Source: an uncultured virus (IMG/VR IMGVR_UViG_3300008108_000264)
Lineage: Duplodnaviria > Heunggongvirae > Uroviricota > Caudoviricetes
Virus record (IMG/VR): IMGVR_UViG_3300008108_000264
Reading direction: 5' to 3' (one strand)
Length of the DNA: 64,000 nucleotides
Both the position numbers and the translations under genes were made by a program. The notes beneath the pieces were generated by a model. It was not told the DNA's origin. It saw only the letters and a list, made by a program, of their open reading frames with translations, and did no database searches. Shown here in pieces: positions 10,801-23,100 of the stretch (its first letter is position 1; each line of letters begins with the position of its first letter).

Positions 10801-13800
10801 ATTCATTAGCAGATGAAGGTACTGAAGAAGATGTTGATGAAGATGCTGACTTAGATAAACAAATACAAGCATTAGAAGAAGAAAAAGCAGAAGCATTGTA
10901 TCCAACAGAACAACCTGCTTATTTTCCTGATAATAAACCTTGGAATCAAACTCTTGAAGGACTTTATCAATATTTACAAAATCTTAAACAAGAAGCAGGT
11001 AATCCTGGTGCAGGAGCAAAATTAGTTATAGATTTTGGAAACGTTGGGGAATTGGAGTTTAGTTTATTAACTATTTCTTTTCCTGTTAATAACAGATATG
11101 TTACAATAGAAAATGGAAAATATAAAATAGAATCTGATAATAATACACAAGTAGAATTTGGAGAAGAAATGTCTCCAACTGAAGGTATATGGTATAAACC
11201 TAAACCTGCATCTAATCATAATTCAATAGTTGAGTTTTATGATAACAATGAATTTTCAATAATTTTAGATGAAAAAGTTATTGGTAGAATTTTAAATATG
11301 GACCCAGGTATACTGATGTTCCCTATTATAAATGATGAAACAGGAGAAAGAATAGATAACCAAAATCCAAGTGAAATTATAAGAAAAATTAAAAGTGGAG
11401 AGTATGTAGTTATACCTGGTAGATATGAAAAAACAAGTGATGGTAAAAATAAACTTGTAGAAAAAATAAAAATTGTTAAGAAACAAGAAGGTCAAGAACA
11501 AGTTAAAACTAAATCTATTGAAGAACAAAAAGCTGAGATAGAAAGAAGAAAAAAACTATCTGGATGGATTGCATCTTATGAATTAGCAAAAATTGCAAAA
11601 GAAGAAGGTGTTGATTTATCTAAATTATCTAGAGAAGAATATGCAGAATATGCTATTAAAAACTATTTAAAAATAGATGATACTCAACTTAGAACTAATC
11701 CAAAACATAGAAATGCTACAACTGTACAAGAAGTTGGAGATATTATAAAAGCAGATAGAGCTTCTTTAACAGAAGAAACTAAAAAAGCATTTGATTCATT
11801 TTATAGAGCAATGATGGCTATTGTTAATAAGCCTCAAGCAGAAAGATATTTAGCTCAAAGTGTAAGATTATATTCAGGTACTAAAGATTCTGATTCTTGG
11901 TTATATTTTGGCATAAATAATGGAACAAATACTAATGAAAATTTTACACATAAAAGTTATTTTTCATTAAAAGATCTTAATGATTTTTCTCCAGAAATGT
12001 TTAAAGACTTTATGATTGAACTTCAAAAAAGAGGTTATAATGGTGATGTTAAAATATTTCAAGATTTAGAAGTTCAAGGTCCATCATTAAGTGATCAAGT
12101 TGTAATGCATGGATATTCAGAAGCAGATGCTAAACTAGCATTAGAAGTAGCTAAAGAATTTTATGGAGATAAAATATTAGAATCATCGTATGGTAAAGAT
12201 GAAATTATAAATGGTAAAAGTAAATCTTATAGTCAAATACTTTCTGATAAAATTAAAAATGAAATTGATTCTAAAAATGTTGATGAAGAATTAGCTGCAT
12301 TAGAATCTCAATCTGAAGTAGATCAAGAATATCAAGACTTTATTAATGGTATTATTACTGGTGAACGTATTAAATCAATAGGTGAAAAACTTGCTACTAA
12401 TAGAACTAACGAATTAACTGATTTTGAAAATCAGATATTAAAAGATGAAAAAGGAAAACAATTAATAGATGAATATTTAGCAAAAAGAAAACAAGCTGAA
12501 GATAAAAAAGAAAAGAAAAGTGAATATACCGCAAAAGAGTTTATACAAAAATATTTAAATTATGAATTTAAAGATGATAGTGGTAAAACATATAAATTAG
12601 AATTCTTAGATAAGTATTTAGATTTTCTTAAATTAGCAGATGCTAATAATACTATCATTAGAGTAATTAACGATAAAAATCAACAAGGTAAAATCTTTGC
12701 TCAAGGTAATGTTATTACTATTAATGTTTATCATTTTAATGATCAATCTCAAAAACTTATTATTGATGATAAAATATTAAGTGAATTATTTGTACATGAA
12801 ACTATACATACATTTATTGGATCAAGTTTAAAAACTAATAATGCATTCTTTAATGAGATGAAAGGTTTTGTTTTAAGTATGGGTAATTCTAATGACTTAA
12901 CAGAAGCTCTTGATGGTATTGCTGATAATATTAAAGCTCAAATTAGACAAGTTAATAAATTAGAAGATAGTCCAGAAAAAGTAAAAAAACTTAATATTTT
13001 AAAACGTGCATTAGAATCTATAAACTATTCTAAAAACACTATTCTTGATAAACTAAAAGAATATGAAAAAGATAAAGTTAAAATTTCTCCTGAGGCTGCT
13101 CTTAAAAACGCAGAGGCTTTAGGTCTAGAAGAGTTTATTGTTTTAGCTTTATCTGAACCTGAGTTTGCATTTTATTTGAATACAGTGCCATCTGATAAAG
13201 CTACAGAGGATGGTCCTAGTATGTCTATGTGGCAAGTACTTAAAAAGATATTATTTAAAATACTTGATGCTGTATTAAATAATAAAAGTAGATTAGCAGA
13301 ATTAAATAATATGCTTGATAGACATTTAGCTAAAACAGCTAAAGGTTTAGATTTAATTAATATTCAAGAATATTTTGATTTAGGATACATACTTGATAAA
13401 GGTATATATACAATTAATATTGGTACAGAGGTTAGAGATATTGTAATTCTTGATATGGAAGGTGATAATATTATATATACTTTTCCTAATGTATTAAGTG
13501 ATCCAAGAATAAAATATACAATGTCTAAAGAAGAGTTTTATAATAGTGATCCTGTATTAAATGAAAACTTTAGATTTGAAGAATTTATAAATCAATTAAA
13601 TAATTTAGAACTTACACCTGATAACTTTCAAAAAGAATTTCAAAGATTAAAAGATCAAGTATTATATGATCATCTATCTATAGATACTAAATCTAAAATT
13701 GATGAAATACTTGATAGTATACAAGAGCAAATTGAAGCTGATATTAAAGATGATAGATTAGATAATTTTGCTGATCAAATTGAAAAGAAAAAGTTAATAT

Positions 13801-16800
13801 CAGAAATAGAAGGTATATTAAATAACGCATCTACTGAATTTGGTATTGATAGTGATCAGTTTAAAACTTTAAGCAGAAAAGCTTTACTTAGAATTAAAGA
13901 AATATCTGATAATATAAATGATATTCAAAATGATAATTTTATTAAACTTGCTAAGTTAACTGAGTTTAGTGATTCTTTTAAACATATCTTTACAGAATTA
14001 GAAAATATAAAAGAGGTTTTAAATAATAAAATAATTGAAACTATAAAAGATAAGTTATCAAAAGAAACTAATTTAAATATGTTACTTCGCATAAGAAATA
14101 ATTATTTAAAAGGAGTAAATAAATTAAAAGATGCTTTTAATAACGAAGCTAATAGATTAAAAACACAATTAAATGATGATGATTATGAACTTCAGTTAAT
14201 TATTAATTCTACTAATTTAGATAATATTGAAGAGAGATTAGAAAGAGAATTTATATCTAGATTGTCTGATGATGATATTAAAAATACATCTGGTGTAAGA
14301 TATGCTCAAATTATTAAAGATGGTAAAGTTAATAGATACTTATATACAATAAAAGGAATTACTGAAAATGGTTATTTATTAGAAGATGGTAATAATAAAA
14401 TATTAGAATTTTCATTTGATGAAGTAATTGATTTATCTGAAAAATCAGCTTATTATCAAGGGTATTCTAATAAAGAAGAAATTTTTGATGAAGATTATGC
14501 TAGATCTATCTTATTTGATTCAGTAAAAATAAATAGTAAAACTTATATTAATGATCTTCTTAATCATACAATTTTAAAAAATTTAACTGTATTAAGATTT
14601 CCTGATAATCCATATGATATTGCTAAATCAATAGCATTAATATTAAATAATATACCTAATGATATAATTGACCTTAATAATAAAAAGAATGATGATATTA
14701 AAAAATTACTTAAAGAATTAATTATTAAAGCTGCTGAAAAAACTGAATCTGGAAATTATAAATTAAATTCAGATCAAGTAGAAAAATTAGTTAAAGAACT
14801 TTCAGATAAGTTAATAAGAGATCCTCGTTTTGATAGAGAACTAAAACCTATTAGTGGTTCAAAATTATTTAGTTCATTCCTTAATAGTTTAAGTGAAGAA
14901 CAAAGACAAAAGACTAACTTAGGAGGTAACATTAGAATTTCTGTTAATGTTTCAACTAGAGCTAATAAGCTTAAGGATAAAATGAAAAGTACATCTAAAG
15001 ATAACATAGATGAAAAACTTAGACTAGGTTTAATTAAAGCTAATACTACTAAAAAAGAAGCATTTGAAAATAATGAAGAAGTAATTGGTATTCATATGTG
15101 GGAGGACATCTCAGTTGATTATGAAATTAATGTAGCTAGAGAAGGTGCAAAACCAAACTGGGTTAGAATAGGTAGTGCTAGAAATCCTTATGCTTATAAA
15201 GCAATTAAAAGAGGTATAGGTGGACTTAATTCAACTGAAGTAGTTAGGAGTCCAGCTCATATATATTTAGAATATAGTAAAGAAACTAATCAAGATGAAA
15301 AGAATAAACTTGTTGATGAGTTTAATAATTTATATTCTGTAAACAATCAACCTGTAGATAATGCTACATTTGAAGCAATTGGTAAATCATGGTTAAAACA
15401 AAAGAAATTATATGATGCGTTAAGTAAAAAGTTTAAAGAACAAGGTGATAAAGGTTTTACTATTGAAGGTGAAGAGTTAAGTAACATAATGTCATTCTCA
15501 TTTACTGGTGGTAATTTTGATTTTGTTAAAAGACCTGATTCAAGAAAAACATTAAATCAAATAGCTAAAGAAGATAATAATAATGTAGAGTTATTTAAAA
15601 TAGAAACTGAAGATGGTGTAAGAGAATTTGCTGTTGTTGATTTAGGTGATACTAAAAAATCAGAAAAAAGTAGAAGAGATATTTATAATACTGTAGATGG
15701 TAAATCTATAGAAGGCGTTAGCCGTTATGACTATTTAGATATTAATCAAAAACAAAATTATGGTAGATATTGGTTAGTAATGAAAGATGTTACTGGTCAA
15801 CTTAGATTCTTATGGTTAAAACCTAGAAAAGCTAAAACTACTGATTTAAATAAATTTACTGATTCTATTAATAAAAGAGTTAATGAGTATAATGAAGGTA
15901 AAATAAACAAGAGTCAATTAGAAAACTTTGTTAGAGATGAATACAGAAAAAGTATTTATTTAGCATTACCTGCTTTACCAGAACTTAACTCCATTAATAC
16001 ATTCTTAAATATTGAATTTAATAAAGATGGTAAAACTTTAAAAAAAGATAAAAATGGAGCATATGTATTTAATTTAAAAATAGATCCTCAAACTCCTAAC
16101 TTAAGTCCAACTCCAAAAATGTTTGTTAATAATTTAAATTTAACAGATGGTTCATCATTTATAAGTAGTTTATTTACAAATAGTAAAATAGCGTTAAAGA
16201 ATATTAATACTAATTTTATGGCTATTACTGAAGATAATATACGAATATCATTTGATCAATTTGAAGATATGGATAAATCAAAGATTCAAGATTTTATAAT
16301 GGATATATTTGAGATACCTGTTAATTCTAATATTTATAGTACTAATAGATTATTAACTAATATTTCTGATGATATTACTTTAGAACAAGAACAAGAAGAA
16401 GAATTAGAATTTGAACAAGAGGAAGAAGATGATTTATTATCTAATTTAACTGAACAGGAAAAAGAACTCTATTATAATTTAATGCAAATTGATCCTTATG
16501 CAGCTAATATAATTAATGCAACTAAAGAAGATAATTTTATAACTAATGCTGGTAATATAACACCAGATAACGTTAGTAAAAAATTAGGAATAAGTAAAGA
16601 TCAAGCTAAAAGAAGTTTACAATTATTAGTAGATTCTGGATACTTAATTAAGAGTGGTAAGTATTACAAGTTAAATGAAAACTTTGGAATAGAAGAAGAA
16701 TTTGAAGCTAAAGAAGATATAATTCCTGAAGAAGATTTAAGTTTAAACGAAATTAGAGAAAAACTTTTAAATTTAGAATCTGATAAATTTTTAGGTAGAT

Positions 16801-17045
16801 CAGTTAGAGGTAAAATTAATGAACAAGAATATAAAGATTTAACTAGTAAACTTGCTAGTAATACTCAAGATTCTGATTTACGTAATCAAGTTGTAGACTT
16901 ATTACTTCAATATTATCAAGAAGGTAAGTATACAGAAATAATTGATAAATTATTAGATGATACTAAATTAGGTAAACTAACTAAAACTATAGAAGAGGAT
17001 CCAGATTTAATACGTAAGAAATTAAAAGGTTGTCCTAAAGGTTAA
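7806..17045 (+). CDS. Giant virion ejection protein (3079 aa): Gly/Ala-rich putative membrane segments, coiled coils, zincin HExxH metallopeptidase domain, C-terminal winged HTH
   Basis: N-terminal hydrophobic G/A stretches; LFVHETIH (~12785-12808) with downstream EEF; VSKKLGISKDQAKRSLQLLVDSGYL near the C-terminus. Confidence 0.8.
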   Translation: MTEPEINNYDINIPGILSDDYFEKMNYAHSVNPEGKFSPTFITGDRLVTENLDLKPYQKYLGEHLLPNQDLDYLRAEAQPWTEEVMNGLFNLPGSIVGGLIENVGYMGALVTEWGDDRDYSNTFTEAGKGLKDWWKANAGGEIYRKNPNKVWDPMDTAWWVSHGEGLVESVGEFLITGYGIGSALGKGAGLLASTVKSAKYSAAATRALSGAAQVGTAATLAYTEGAMSGAQIYGEVYKEQYEKQLALSGNQTEAAKIAKHRAAQAAATTVQINTTINTLLNIGSVAPLFRSKDYLATNSVRAAGKRNAQNMLEATTRQAGDQMDDIIARTSNLQWMKTSGKKWLAGETIKEGFEEQVNLFAEQSGKRVGAMSDKEFAESEYDSYLGYFNQFKQLGNFAKDVFTEEGALNFVLGAFGGFAQSGAMRYLAPVKVVERNEQTGEMIKNADGTPKMKWTRSIVNERTQERIAFNRMQNSVVGDLKRFKELSTKLNNLVTSTDNSISQDEKERMIEDVRQELFDLEAYRSVRNGTADYLKGTFEYIGGLDNTTQLGKNQEYIDKLEGIKARIEEENQKPDGERDDDKIKLMNATKERLEAAMQNPQMTQAMYEGYAEKPNTDSHKKRSEIAIKEIDNYTKMYHDVMSRYNYGDEETSGLAETLFNLKLENNTRKRKLERNKQKIETYKKKVQENIESQFGDLDLSLADAVSIQAEIEALEQELSEIDDTADDIIAKKSTDQYTSYVDSLMKKYPTIVSEGKARGKSKKQIERQLIEKERYNVSKQKENINNKISTLIDKKYQKLKESFEINKVKDSEFMALVYATKSEEELNKELEDYIQKKEEQLKNFNTQLDNELVKYYRLINQDELDIQILMEEYTKLSSSIGRKEFVENGKAFFERIKAVEAKRQEEQKKEDEKAEAKKQGYFTIEETADGKFGVFDKNDKLIEAFDTEEEAIAKADELNKEIEEKKKKDGEEADDKTDYDFKYRGNGQQHNKNLEFLNSLADEGTEEDVDEDADLDKQIQALEEEKAEALYPTEQPAYFPDNKPWNQTLEGLYQYLQNLKQEAGNPGAGAKLVIDFGNVGELEFSLLTISFPVNNRYVTIENGKYKIESDNNTQVEFGEEMSPTEGIWYKPKPASNHNSIVEFYDNNEFSIILDEKVIGRILNMDPGILMFPIINDETGERIDNQNPSEIIRKIKSGEYVVIPGRYEKTSDGKNKLVEKIKIVKKQEGQEQVKTKSIEEQKAEIERRKKLSGWIASYELAKIAKEEGVDLSKLSREEYAEYAIKNYLKIDDTQLRTNPKHRNATTVQEVGDIIKADRASLTEETKKAFDSFYRAMMAIVNKPQAERYLAQSVRLYSGTKDSDSWLYFGINNGTNTNENFTHKSYFSLKDLNDFSPEMFKDFMIELQKRGYNGDVKIFQDLEVQGPSLSDQVVMHGYSEADAKLALEVAKEFYGDKILESSYGKDEIINGKSKSYSQILSDKIKNEIDSKNVDEELAALESQSEVDQEYQDFINGIITGERIKSIGEKLATNRTNELTDFENQILKDEKGKQLIDEYLAKRKQAEDKKEKKSEYTAKEFIQKYLNYEFKDDSGKTYKLEFLDKYLDFLKLADANNTIIRVINDKNQQGKIFAQGNVITINVYHFNDQSQKLIIDDKILSELFVHETIHTFIGSSLKTNNAFFNEMKGFVLSMGNSNDLTEALDGIADNIKAQIRQVNKLEDSPEKVKKLNILKRALESINYSKNTILDKLKEYEKDKVKISPEAALKNAEALGLEEFIVLALSEPEFAFYLNTVPSDKATEDGPSMSMWQVLKKILFKILDAVLNNKSRLAELNNMLDRHLAKTAKGLDLINIQEYFDLGYILDKGIYTINIGTEVRDIVILDMEGDNIIYTFPNVLSDPRIKYTMSKEEFYNSDPVLNENFRFEEFINQLNNLELTPDNFQKEFQRLKDQVLYDHLSIDTKSKIDEILDSIQEQIEADIKDDRLDNFADQIEKKKLISEIEGILNNASTEFGIDSDQFKTLSRKALLRIKEISDNINDIQNDNFIKLAKLTEFSDSFKHIFTELENIKEVLNNKIIETIKDKLSKETNLNMLLRIRNNYLKGVNKLKDAFNNEANRLKTQLNDDDYELQLIINSTNLDNIEERLEREFISRLSDDDIKNTSGVRYAQIIKDGKVNRYLYTIKGITENGYLLEDGNNKILEFSFDEVIDLSEKSAYYQGYSNKEEIFDEDYARSILFDSVKINSKTYINDLLNHTILKNLTVLRFPDNPYDIAKSIALILNNIPNDIIDLNNKKNDDIKKLLKELIIKAAEKTESGNYKLNSDQVEKLVKELSDKLIRDPRFDRELKPISGSKLFSSFLNSLSEEQRQKTNLGGNIRISVNVSTRANKLKDKMKSTSKDNIDEKLRLGLIKANTTKKEAFENNEEVIGIHMWEDISVDYEINVAREGAKPNWVRIGSARNPYAYKAIKRGIGGLNSTEVVRSPAHIYLEYSKETNQDEKNKLVDEFNNLYSVNNQPVDNATFEAIGKSWLKQKKLYDALSKKFKEQGDKGFTIEGEELSNIMSFSFTGGNFDFVKRPDSRKTLNQIAKEDNNNVELFKIETEDGVREFAVVDLGDTKKSEKSRRDIYNTVDGKSIEGVSRYDYLDINQKQNYGRYWLVMKDVTGQLRFLWLKPRKAKTTDLNKFTDSINKRVNEYNEGKINKSQLENFVRDEYRKSIYLALPALPELNSINTFLNIEFNKDGKTLKKDKNGAYVFNLKIDPQTPNLSPTPKMFVNNLNLTDGSSFISSLFTNSKIALKNINTNFMAITEDNIRISFDQFEDMDKSKIQDFIMDIFEIPVNSNIYSTNRLLTNISDDITLEQEQEEELEFEQEEEDDLLSNLTEQEKELYYNLMQIDPYAANIINATKEDNFITNAGNITPDNVSKKLGISKDQAKRSLQLLVDSGYLIKSGKYYKLNENFGIEEEFEAKEDIIPEEDLSLNEIREKLLNLESDKFLGRSVRGKINEQEYKDLTSKLASNTQDSDLRNQVVDLLLQYYQEGKYTEIIDKLLDDTKLGKLTKTIEEDPDLIRKKLKGCPKG

Positions 17046-17050
17046 TAAAT

Positions 17051-17082
17051 AAAAAAGGGTAGATTTTTAGTCTACCCTTTTT
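17051..17082. terminator. Bidirectional intrinsic terminator between convergent giant genes
   Basis: AAAAAAGGGTAGA-TTTTAG-TCTACCCTTTTT inverted repeat with A and T tracts. Confidence 0.9.
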
Positions 17083-17102
17083 CTTTTTATAAAACCTAAC
17101 TA

Positions 17103-20100
17103 TTAAAACGTTCTATTTAAATTCTTTGTCATTTCATCTAAGTTAGTTGCACTAGTAATATTACCAAATAGTTTTAAACCTTTAGCATATAATTTGCTAT
17201 CACCTTTTTTAAATATACCTTGCTCTTTTTCATATACTGCAAAAGGATCAGCAACTTGTGATAGAAAACTATAAGCTCTATCTACAGTACCATTAAATGC
17301 AGTTGGACTTTTAAAAAGCTTCCAGTTATCACCAAAGAAACTAGGTACAGGAGCTAATGAACCAATTTCTTTTCTAAGTCTAGTAAGTTCATATAAAGCT
17401 AAAGCTCTAAATGCTGATACATCTTCATCATCTTCATCATCACCTATAGCTAATACAGCAACTAATAATCCTAATAATAAATAAATACCTAATTCCATAG
17501 TTGCTCTTCTAACGTTAGCTTCTTCAAATGGTTGTAAACCTGTATCTTGTTTAGTACCACGGAAACTATTCATAAACATTGTACTTAATTTTTTCCAATC
17601 AGTAAATAAGTAACTAAAAAATGTTATATAATAACCTTGTCTAATAACACCTACTTCTTCATTTCTATAAAGTTTACCCCATCTTCTTCTAGCCATAGGT
17701 ACTAAGAACTTTCTATACATCATAAGTAATCTACCAAATACATTTCTTTGTATGTGAGTTTTATCAAATGTAGCATAGTTACCTTGAAGATCTTTATTAA
17801 TACCATGAAGTTTAGCTCTAATCTGCATATTCTTTTTACTTCTTAAAAAAGGAACACCATCTATATCTTTTATACCTTTTGCTATAACTTTACCATCAGC
17901 ATCAAGTTCCATAGATGTTAATAAAGTATCTTTAATTTTATTAAATTCTACTTTTGCTTTTTTCTTTTCATCATAAGTAAGTTCAGATCCTTTATCATTA
18001 GTTTTCTTTTGCATGTAATCTTCTATGCTATATACTTCACCATTAATAACTTTATAACTATTAAGTAAAGCATACATTGATGTAGCAGCAGCTTCAATTT
18101 CACCTATGTTATTATTAATAAACCAAGTACTTGATCTTAATGCTAAATTAAGTTTTGATGCAGTTAAATCATTACCATATTCATCTTGGAATGTACCTTG
18201 TAAAGCATCATACATATCAAACAATTGACCTGATAAAGTTTCTCTTGATATCTTACCAAAATCTTTTACCATATCCATAGTAAGTGATCCTATCTTATTA
18301 CTACCATAATATACTAATTTTTTAGCATAACCCCAATCTTTAAGATTATAATGATCAGCGGCCCAACCTTCTAAGAATATTTGTGTATTAGCTTGTAAGT
18401 AGTTAGCAAAACCTTTAATCCAACCAGTAGATGTAATACCACCTATTTGAGCATACGATGCTGCAGTCATAAGACCATCTAATAACTTATCTACTCTTAC
18501 AGGCCCTACTACAGGAATGTTATAATTGATTTCATTATTCTGATCATCAAAGAATTGCATTTCAGTAAATGATCTAAGTAATGCACCTTCATAAGTTTCA
18601 CCTTCTTTGCGTACAAACTTTTCTATACCTAGTTTTTTAGCAACAGCATCGATCATTTTATTACCTTGTGCATCTCTTTCTATAGCACCACCTTCAGTTG
18701 ATTTATCTCTTTTATTAATTAAATTTAAGATAGCTCTCATTTGAGGTAATATTTCACTCTTAGCTTTAAATCTTTCTGCTTGTTGTATATAAGATAATAT
18801 AGAGCTTACAACGTCTCTACTGACATTTTCTATATCAATGTGATATACATGTCTAAACGGAAGAGATCTATTCTCTAATGATGTACTATAAGTTGCAGTA
18901 CCTTCAATTAGTTGATCTTCATCTAAATCTATATCTTCACCAGATGTAGATAAATGTCTCATTATATTATCATTTTCTATTTCTCTAGTAGCTTTATTTC
19001 CAAATTTAGTTTGCCACCAAGATCCAACTCTTTGTTTAAATTTACCTTCTATTAATTCTTCTCTACCACTCTTATAAATATACGGTAATCTGTTACCTAA
19101 TCTGTAAGCAGCAGGCATTTCTGCTTGTGCTTCTTTGTACTTTTTCATAATAACATTATAAAACTCTTTCCATTTAGGATCAAGTTGTTCATATTTAGAG
19201 TTTACCCATAAATGTTTTTTAGGTAACATATATCCTAATTGATCTGTGACTTTATCAAGATCAGTTCTAATATATTCTTCTTTTATCTCTGGTGATTTAT
19301 ATAAATAATTAGGAAGTAATTTTACACCTTCAGTTAAAGTTTCATCAATTAATAAATATCCTGATTCTTTTTTTATTTCTTTATCTTCTTTGTGATTTTT
19401 TAAAAACCATTCTGTTTTTTCTAATTCAGCATTAAGAGCTTTATCGTTATAATTAGGATAGATTTGTTTAATCTTTTCTAATTCATTTTTTCTATCTATT
19501 TTGTAACGTTCAGAAATTTTATTAGTTTTATAAGTAGGTACTGTAGTCATCCATGCTCTAATAGGACTATAAATAATTTCACCTTCTTTAGTATATTCAA
19601 CATGATTATTTATATACCATTCAGATTCTTCAAAAAGTATACCATTACTTTCAGCCTTAGCTTGTTCTAATTCATATCTTTTATAATATTCTGAATTAGG
19701 AACATATTCAACTATTTGATCAATAGCTTCATCAATACCATTTTTTATTTGAAAGAATAAATTCCAAGATGGATCTTCTTGTCTTTGTTCACGTGTTACT
19801 TTATTAAGTAAGAATAGTTCATTTAATTCTTCTTCTAATTCTTTTAATCGAGCAATTACATCATTAGGTATAACTTTAGTATCAACGTGAGTACCACCAA
19901 GTCTATATGGTTTTAATAAATCATTTATTTCTTCATTAATTTCATACTCATCATTTTTAGTATTATTTAATTCATATTCTTCAAACCATGAATCTATTTT
20001 ATTAGTAAATGTTTTAAAATTAATTACCTCATCACTTAATAACTTAATTTCATCCATTAAATCATAATCATCATTATTCTTTGCATACTTAAGAACTTTT

Positions 20101-23100
20101 TTAAGTTTTCTTAAATATTTAACTTTATCAAATAATGAGTCATCTATTTTAACTTCAGTATTTTCTTCTAACCATAATAAATATTTATCTGGTTCTGTTT
20201 CAAATTTAAGTTTAGCTCTTCTTCTTTCATCTTCAAATCTTTCATAATTAACAACAAAACGATGTCTCTTATTATATTCTGTATTAAATTCTTGAATTCT
20301 AATTGCAATTTTTAAATCGTCATCTTCTTTTTTAATACCATCTTTATCATATATAGAACCTAATAATTTATATTCAATATCTAATTCTCTTAAAGCTGCT
20401 AAGTCATCATCACTAAGTTCAATAGATCTATGCTTAACTCTATCTTTAATATTATCCATCATACTAATAATACGATCACGTTCTGCTTTAGCTTTTATAC
20501 CAATTTCATCTTTAGTAAATAAATCATCCATTTTATAATAATCATCAATATTAGGACGTTCCATATTTTTATTTACCCAAGCTTTGTATTCTTTGTCAAC
20601 TTTTCTAAATTCATCAAACTTTCCAGCTTCTTTAAGTTTTCTCATTCTATATTGATAATGCTTAATGATATTAGTATAAGTCATTTCGTCTTCAACAGTT
20701 TTACCATCATCATTTACATAAGTAAATTTCTTTCTACCATATTCACTTACAAGATTTACTGTTTCAGCTAATATTAATTTACCTGTAACTGGATCTCTTA
20801 CCCATTCTTTTACAGTTTCAAGTATAGGATCATAAAACTTTTGAGGGTTATCACCTTGATTAGGTAAAAAGTTAAACGCACTTTGATCAAATACAGCAGA
20901 TGATAATTTCTTTGCTGCTTGTTGTATTTCAAGTGCAATATCTTTCATATTCCATTCTGCTTCAGTAAGATGGAATTTTAACATCATAGCATAAGAAGAT
21001 AATATACCACTACTAGTACTAATAGGAGCAGTAAGAAATCTTTCAATAAAACCAATATCTCTATTAAGTTGTTTAAAATCTCTAACTAATGTACCAGCAT
21101 CTCTAACTAATGTATCTTTAAACCTCTCCATGTTCTTTTTATACCTATCTTTGTAATACTTTAATTGAGTTTTAAATTTATCATTACTAGGATTTTCTTT
21201 AATCTTTTTTTCTAAGTCTTTTATTTTCTGCTCATATTGAATTTGCTTACCTTTAATAAAATCATCTACAGATTTATTTAAATTTTCATTTAAATACATC
21301 TCAAGATTATTACCAAGTAATCTTTCCATTTCATATTGATAACGTACATCAAGAAGTTTTTTCTTAATTTCTATAGCTGTCTCTAACTCTTTAAATGAAT
21401 CCATTTTCTTAATTTCATTTAAATCTTTATCAGATGTTCCTTCTAATAAAGCATTCATTATTTCATCAAGAATATTATAATTCTCAGCTATTCTTCTTAT
21501 ATCTTCTATATCTCTAATAGCTTCACTAGATCCTATGTCTCCTTGATTATAACTATTAATAACTAATTCAAACTTATCATTAAGCCCTAACATATTTTCA
21601 GTACCATATAATTCAAGATAAGATGCATGTATAAAAGTATTTAAACTTCGTATTTTATCTAAATCTGATATGTCAGTTTTAAGTTTATTAATTTCAGTTT
21701 TTTGTTTATCTTGTTTTTTAGGATCTTTGTCTATAGATCTATTAATATCAGTTAATCTTTTTTCTAAATAAATTTTAATATCATCAATTAATTTATTTAT
21801 TCTTTGTTGTTTATTATCTAATAAAAGATCTACGTTAGCAAAATCTTCTTTTTCTTTTTTAACTTTTTCATCACCAAACTTTGGATTATACTTAGATCTC
21901 ATTCTTTCAAATGCTATTCTTTTAGCTTTATTATATACAAGAGCACCTTGATTACCAAATGGAGTATTATAAAATGTTTTAATATTAATGCTGTAAGTCT
22001 TTTTAATTTTACCGTTTTCATCTAATGATGCTTCTATAGTTATTTTACCAGATGGTTGTTCATTTATTTTATAATCATTTACTTCTGATATTTCAAAGTG
22101 ACCATCAATATATACTTCATTAACAATCTCACCTTTATCATTTTCATAACTATTTAAACCTACTTCAGGTACAGTAATAGGAATTAAGAATAAATCTTTA
22201 ACTTCAAATCCTAATTCTTCTTCAAGTATTCTTTGATATAACATTAACTGTAAAGAATAACCTGCTTGTTTTTTTGAATTTAAACCAAATGTAAAATCTC
22301 TAACTATTTCATAATAAGGAGCTGCAGGTTTAGGTTCATAATGCATAGTTTTAAAGTCATAAATTTCTACTTTACCTCTATATTCAGGGTCTACTGATTC
22401 ATCATCTTCATAAATAACTAACATGTCTATTTGACCTGCTACGCTTACTTGTCTACTACCATCATTTATATCTAACATTTTATCAGTATGAACAAGTACT
22501 TCAGTAAGTATTCTACCTCCTCTTTCTTCAATCTGATTTTTCATTGAAACTATCTTATTATAAAAGTCTAAACTAGCATATAATCTATCAAGTTTCTTTT
22601 GATCTTCAGATAAAACAATAGCATCTTGTTTTTTTACTTTAGGTCTATCATTAAATCTAGGTAATAAATTATCTTTACCAATTTTAGTTTCTAAATTGTT
22701 AATATCTTTTTCTAATTTTTTAATATCATTATTAACATCTATTGGATCTTTCTTTAATATCTTTTCAATAAGTGAATGTACTTCAGTTCCTACTTCTCTT
22801 CTTACTTCTGAATTATATAAAACTTTAGTTAACTTATAAAATAATTCTTTATCAAAAGGTTCTTCTTGAACAAGATTACCAAAAGCATCTTGAAAAGTAA
22901 AATTATCTGTTTCATTTTCTTCTCTATAAAAATTAAATCTATTATTTAATACAGCTGTAATAAAATCTTTTTTAGCAAGTTCAGTTAATGAATCAAACCA
23001 ATCTTTACTTCTTTTATTACTTTGTATAATATATTTTATTAAATTCTCATCATCAAAATCTAAAAGATTATGTTGTCTAACTATACCAGTAATTGAATGA

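Noticed and set aside
21078..21115. Short tandem repeat (TLVRD twice) in the 3981-aa gene
   Set aside because: Two-copy in-frame duplication with no sign of an array or function.
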